This document shows positions 62,863-64,000 of a stretch of DNA of 64,000 nt, one piece after another. Origin of the DNA: Lama guanicoe. Taxonomy: Eukaryota. The position numbers and the translations under genes are program-made. The notes under the pieces were generated by a model. That model did no database searches, was not told the origin of the DNA, and was given only the letters and a program-made list of their open reading frames with translations. Where the stretch lies: contig MU054323.1 of the NCBI GenBank assembly GCA_013239625.1, positions 11,243,815 through 11,307,814 of the forward strand. Direction: 5' to 3'. Positions within the stretch are counted from its first letter, which is position 1. Each line of letters opens with the position of its first letter.

Positions 62863-63169
62863 AAGTCTAGGATTTTGAAATAGCAAAATGTTCCTAGATG
62901 TGGGAAACATAAGGTCACTAAGATCTCATCATATACCTTAAATTTATAAAAGAATCCAATGATTCAATATGGTAATTCAAATAGAACAAGTTTTATACTA
63001 TGAAAAATACACTTTTTCTTTGTTTTATTAAGGAAGATCTCTAAGAAAGACTAACAATAATGAAATATTAATCCTTACAAACAGCACTGTTGAAAAAAGA
63101 AACTTATATGTGAAAATTGGATCTAGGGGACTTTGTATATTGATTAGCCCACTCTTATCAAGCTTTCTA

Positions 63170-64000
63170 CCTCTCACAAATACAATGAGATCATCTTTTT
63201 AAGGTCATTAGTAACTTAAGTCTTGACAAAACATGTAGTCAATTTTGAGTTCTCACTGTAATGAATCTTTTCAAGGTCTTGCATATCTGATTTCACCTTC
63301 CCTCTTGAAACCCTATTCTGAGTGACTTCACCAACATCGCACTCACCTACTAGTTCTTCTTACCTCACTTGCTGCTGCTGCTTAATCTTCTCTTACTCAG
63401 TCTGAACATTGGAGGACCAGAGTCTGTCCTCAGGGTTCCTTTCATCTACTATCTTTTTGTAGATTATCTCATCCAATTCCATCTGTAGGTTAGTGAGTCT
63501 TTATTTAGATATGCCATATTTCATATGGTTCACAAAGAACTATTGCATGCTCCTCCTCCAAATTGTCATTCTTAATCACCATGTCTTCCCTATCTCAGCA
63601 AAGAGCACTGTCATTCCTCTGTTGCTTGGTACAAACACTTATGAATCATCCTTGATTATTCAACAGAAAGCTCAAGCACCACAATCTTCAAAATGTATTT
63701 CAGGTATAACTTTTACCATCTTCTGTATAATAACCCTAATCTAAGCCACTATTGTCAGTCACCTGGACCATCATATCAGTCTTTTAAATACTCTCCAATC
63801 TTGCTTTTCCTGCAACTTTGTTTCCAACCAGCAGTCAGAGAGAGTTTTCTAAAGACATTCTTACGTTACTCTACTAAAAACCATGTAAGGGCTTCCTATT
63901 CCAACCAGAATAAACAAACCTTTAGATGATCTAGCTCTTATTGGCTCATTTTCTTTCTTTTCACTCTTCCCATTGTTCTGTTCTCCAGGCACATTGGCCT
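63170..64000 (+). mobile_element. L2 LINE fragment
   Basis: aattttgagttctca...ctgaacattggag...tcctcagg...tctcatccaattcc...gaatcatccttga...ccagcagtcagag. Confidence 0.75.

Noticed and set aside
1..64000. CRISPR array, operon or other novel multi-gene system
   Set aside because: The sequence is mammalian and repeat-dominated. There are no regularly spaced repeat-spacer arrays or gene clusters, and the direct repeats found are TSDs or two-copy tandem duplications.

Overview
Mammalian nuclear genomic DNA, repeat-rich and almost entirely non-coding. Three short tRNA-derived SINEs (Vic-1-like) and young L1 3' ends suggest a camelid; this is an inference from repeat recognition, not a database result. 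Bases 1-49.7 kb are intergenic-looking sequence filled with MIR, L2, L1, MaLR/ERVL/ERV1 LTRs and hAT MITEs. They include an LTR16/ERVL provirus remnant with recognisable protease and RT motifs. A CpG-island promoter at about 49.75-50.65 kb (CCAAT, CRE-like and YY1 motifs, strong CAG|GTAAGA donor at 50318/50319) starts a + strand gene that I could not identify, and the remaining 13.7 kb looks like its first intron. None of the six-frame ORFs is a convincing cellular protein. I found no evidence of a new multi-gene system. The most notable observations are a very young polyadenylated retrocopy of an ERV-LTR-like transcript end (A41 tail) nested in an old L1, a candidate TATA/Inr/donor micro first exon at 12211-12295, a uORF and alternative-donor architecture in the CpG-island exon, and muscle-type MEF2/E-box clusters. 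Repeat subfamily names come from recalled consensus sequences, and repeat boundaries are approximate unless a target-site duplication (TSD) is given.
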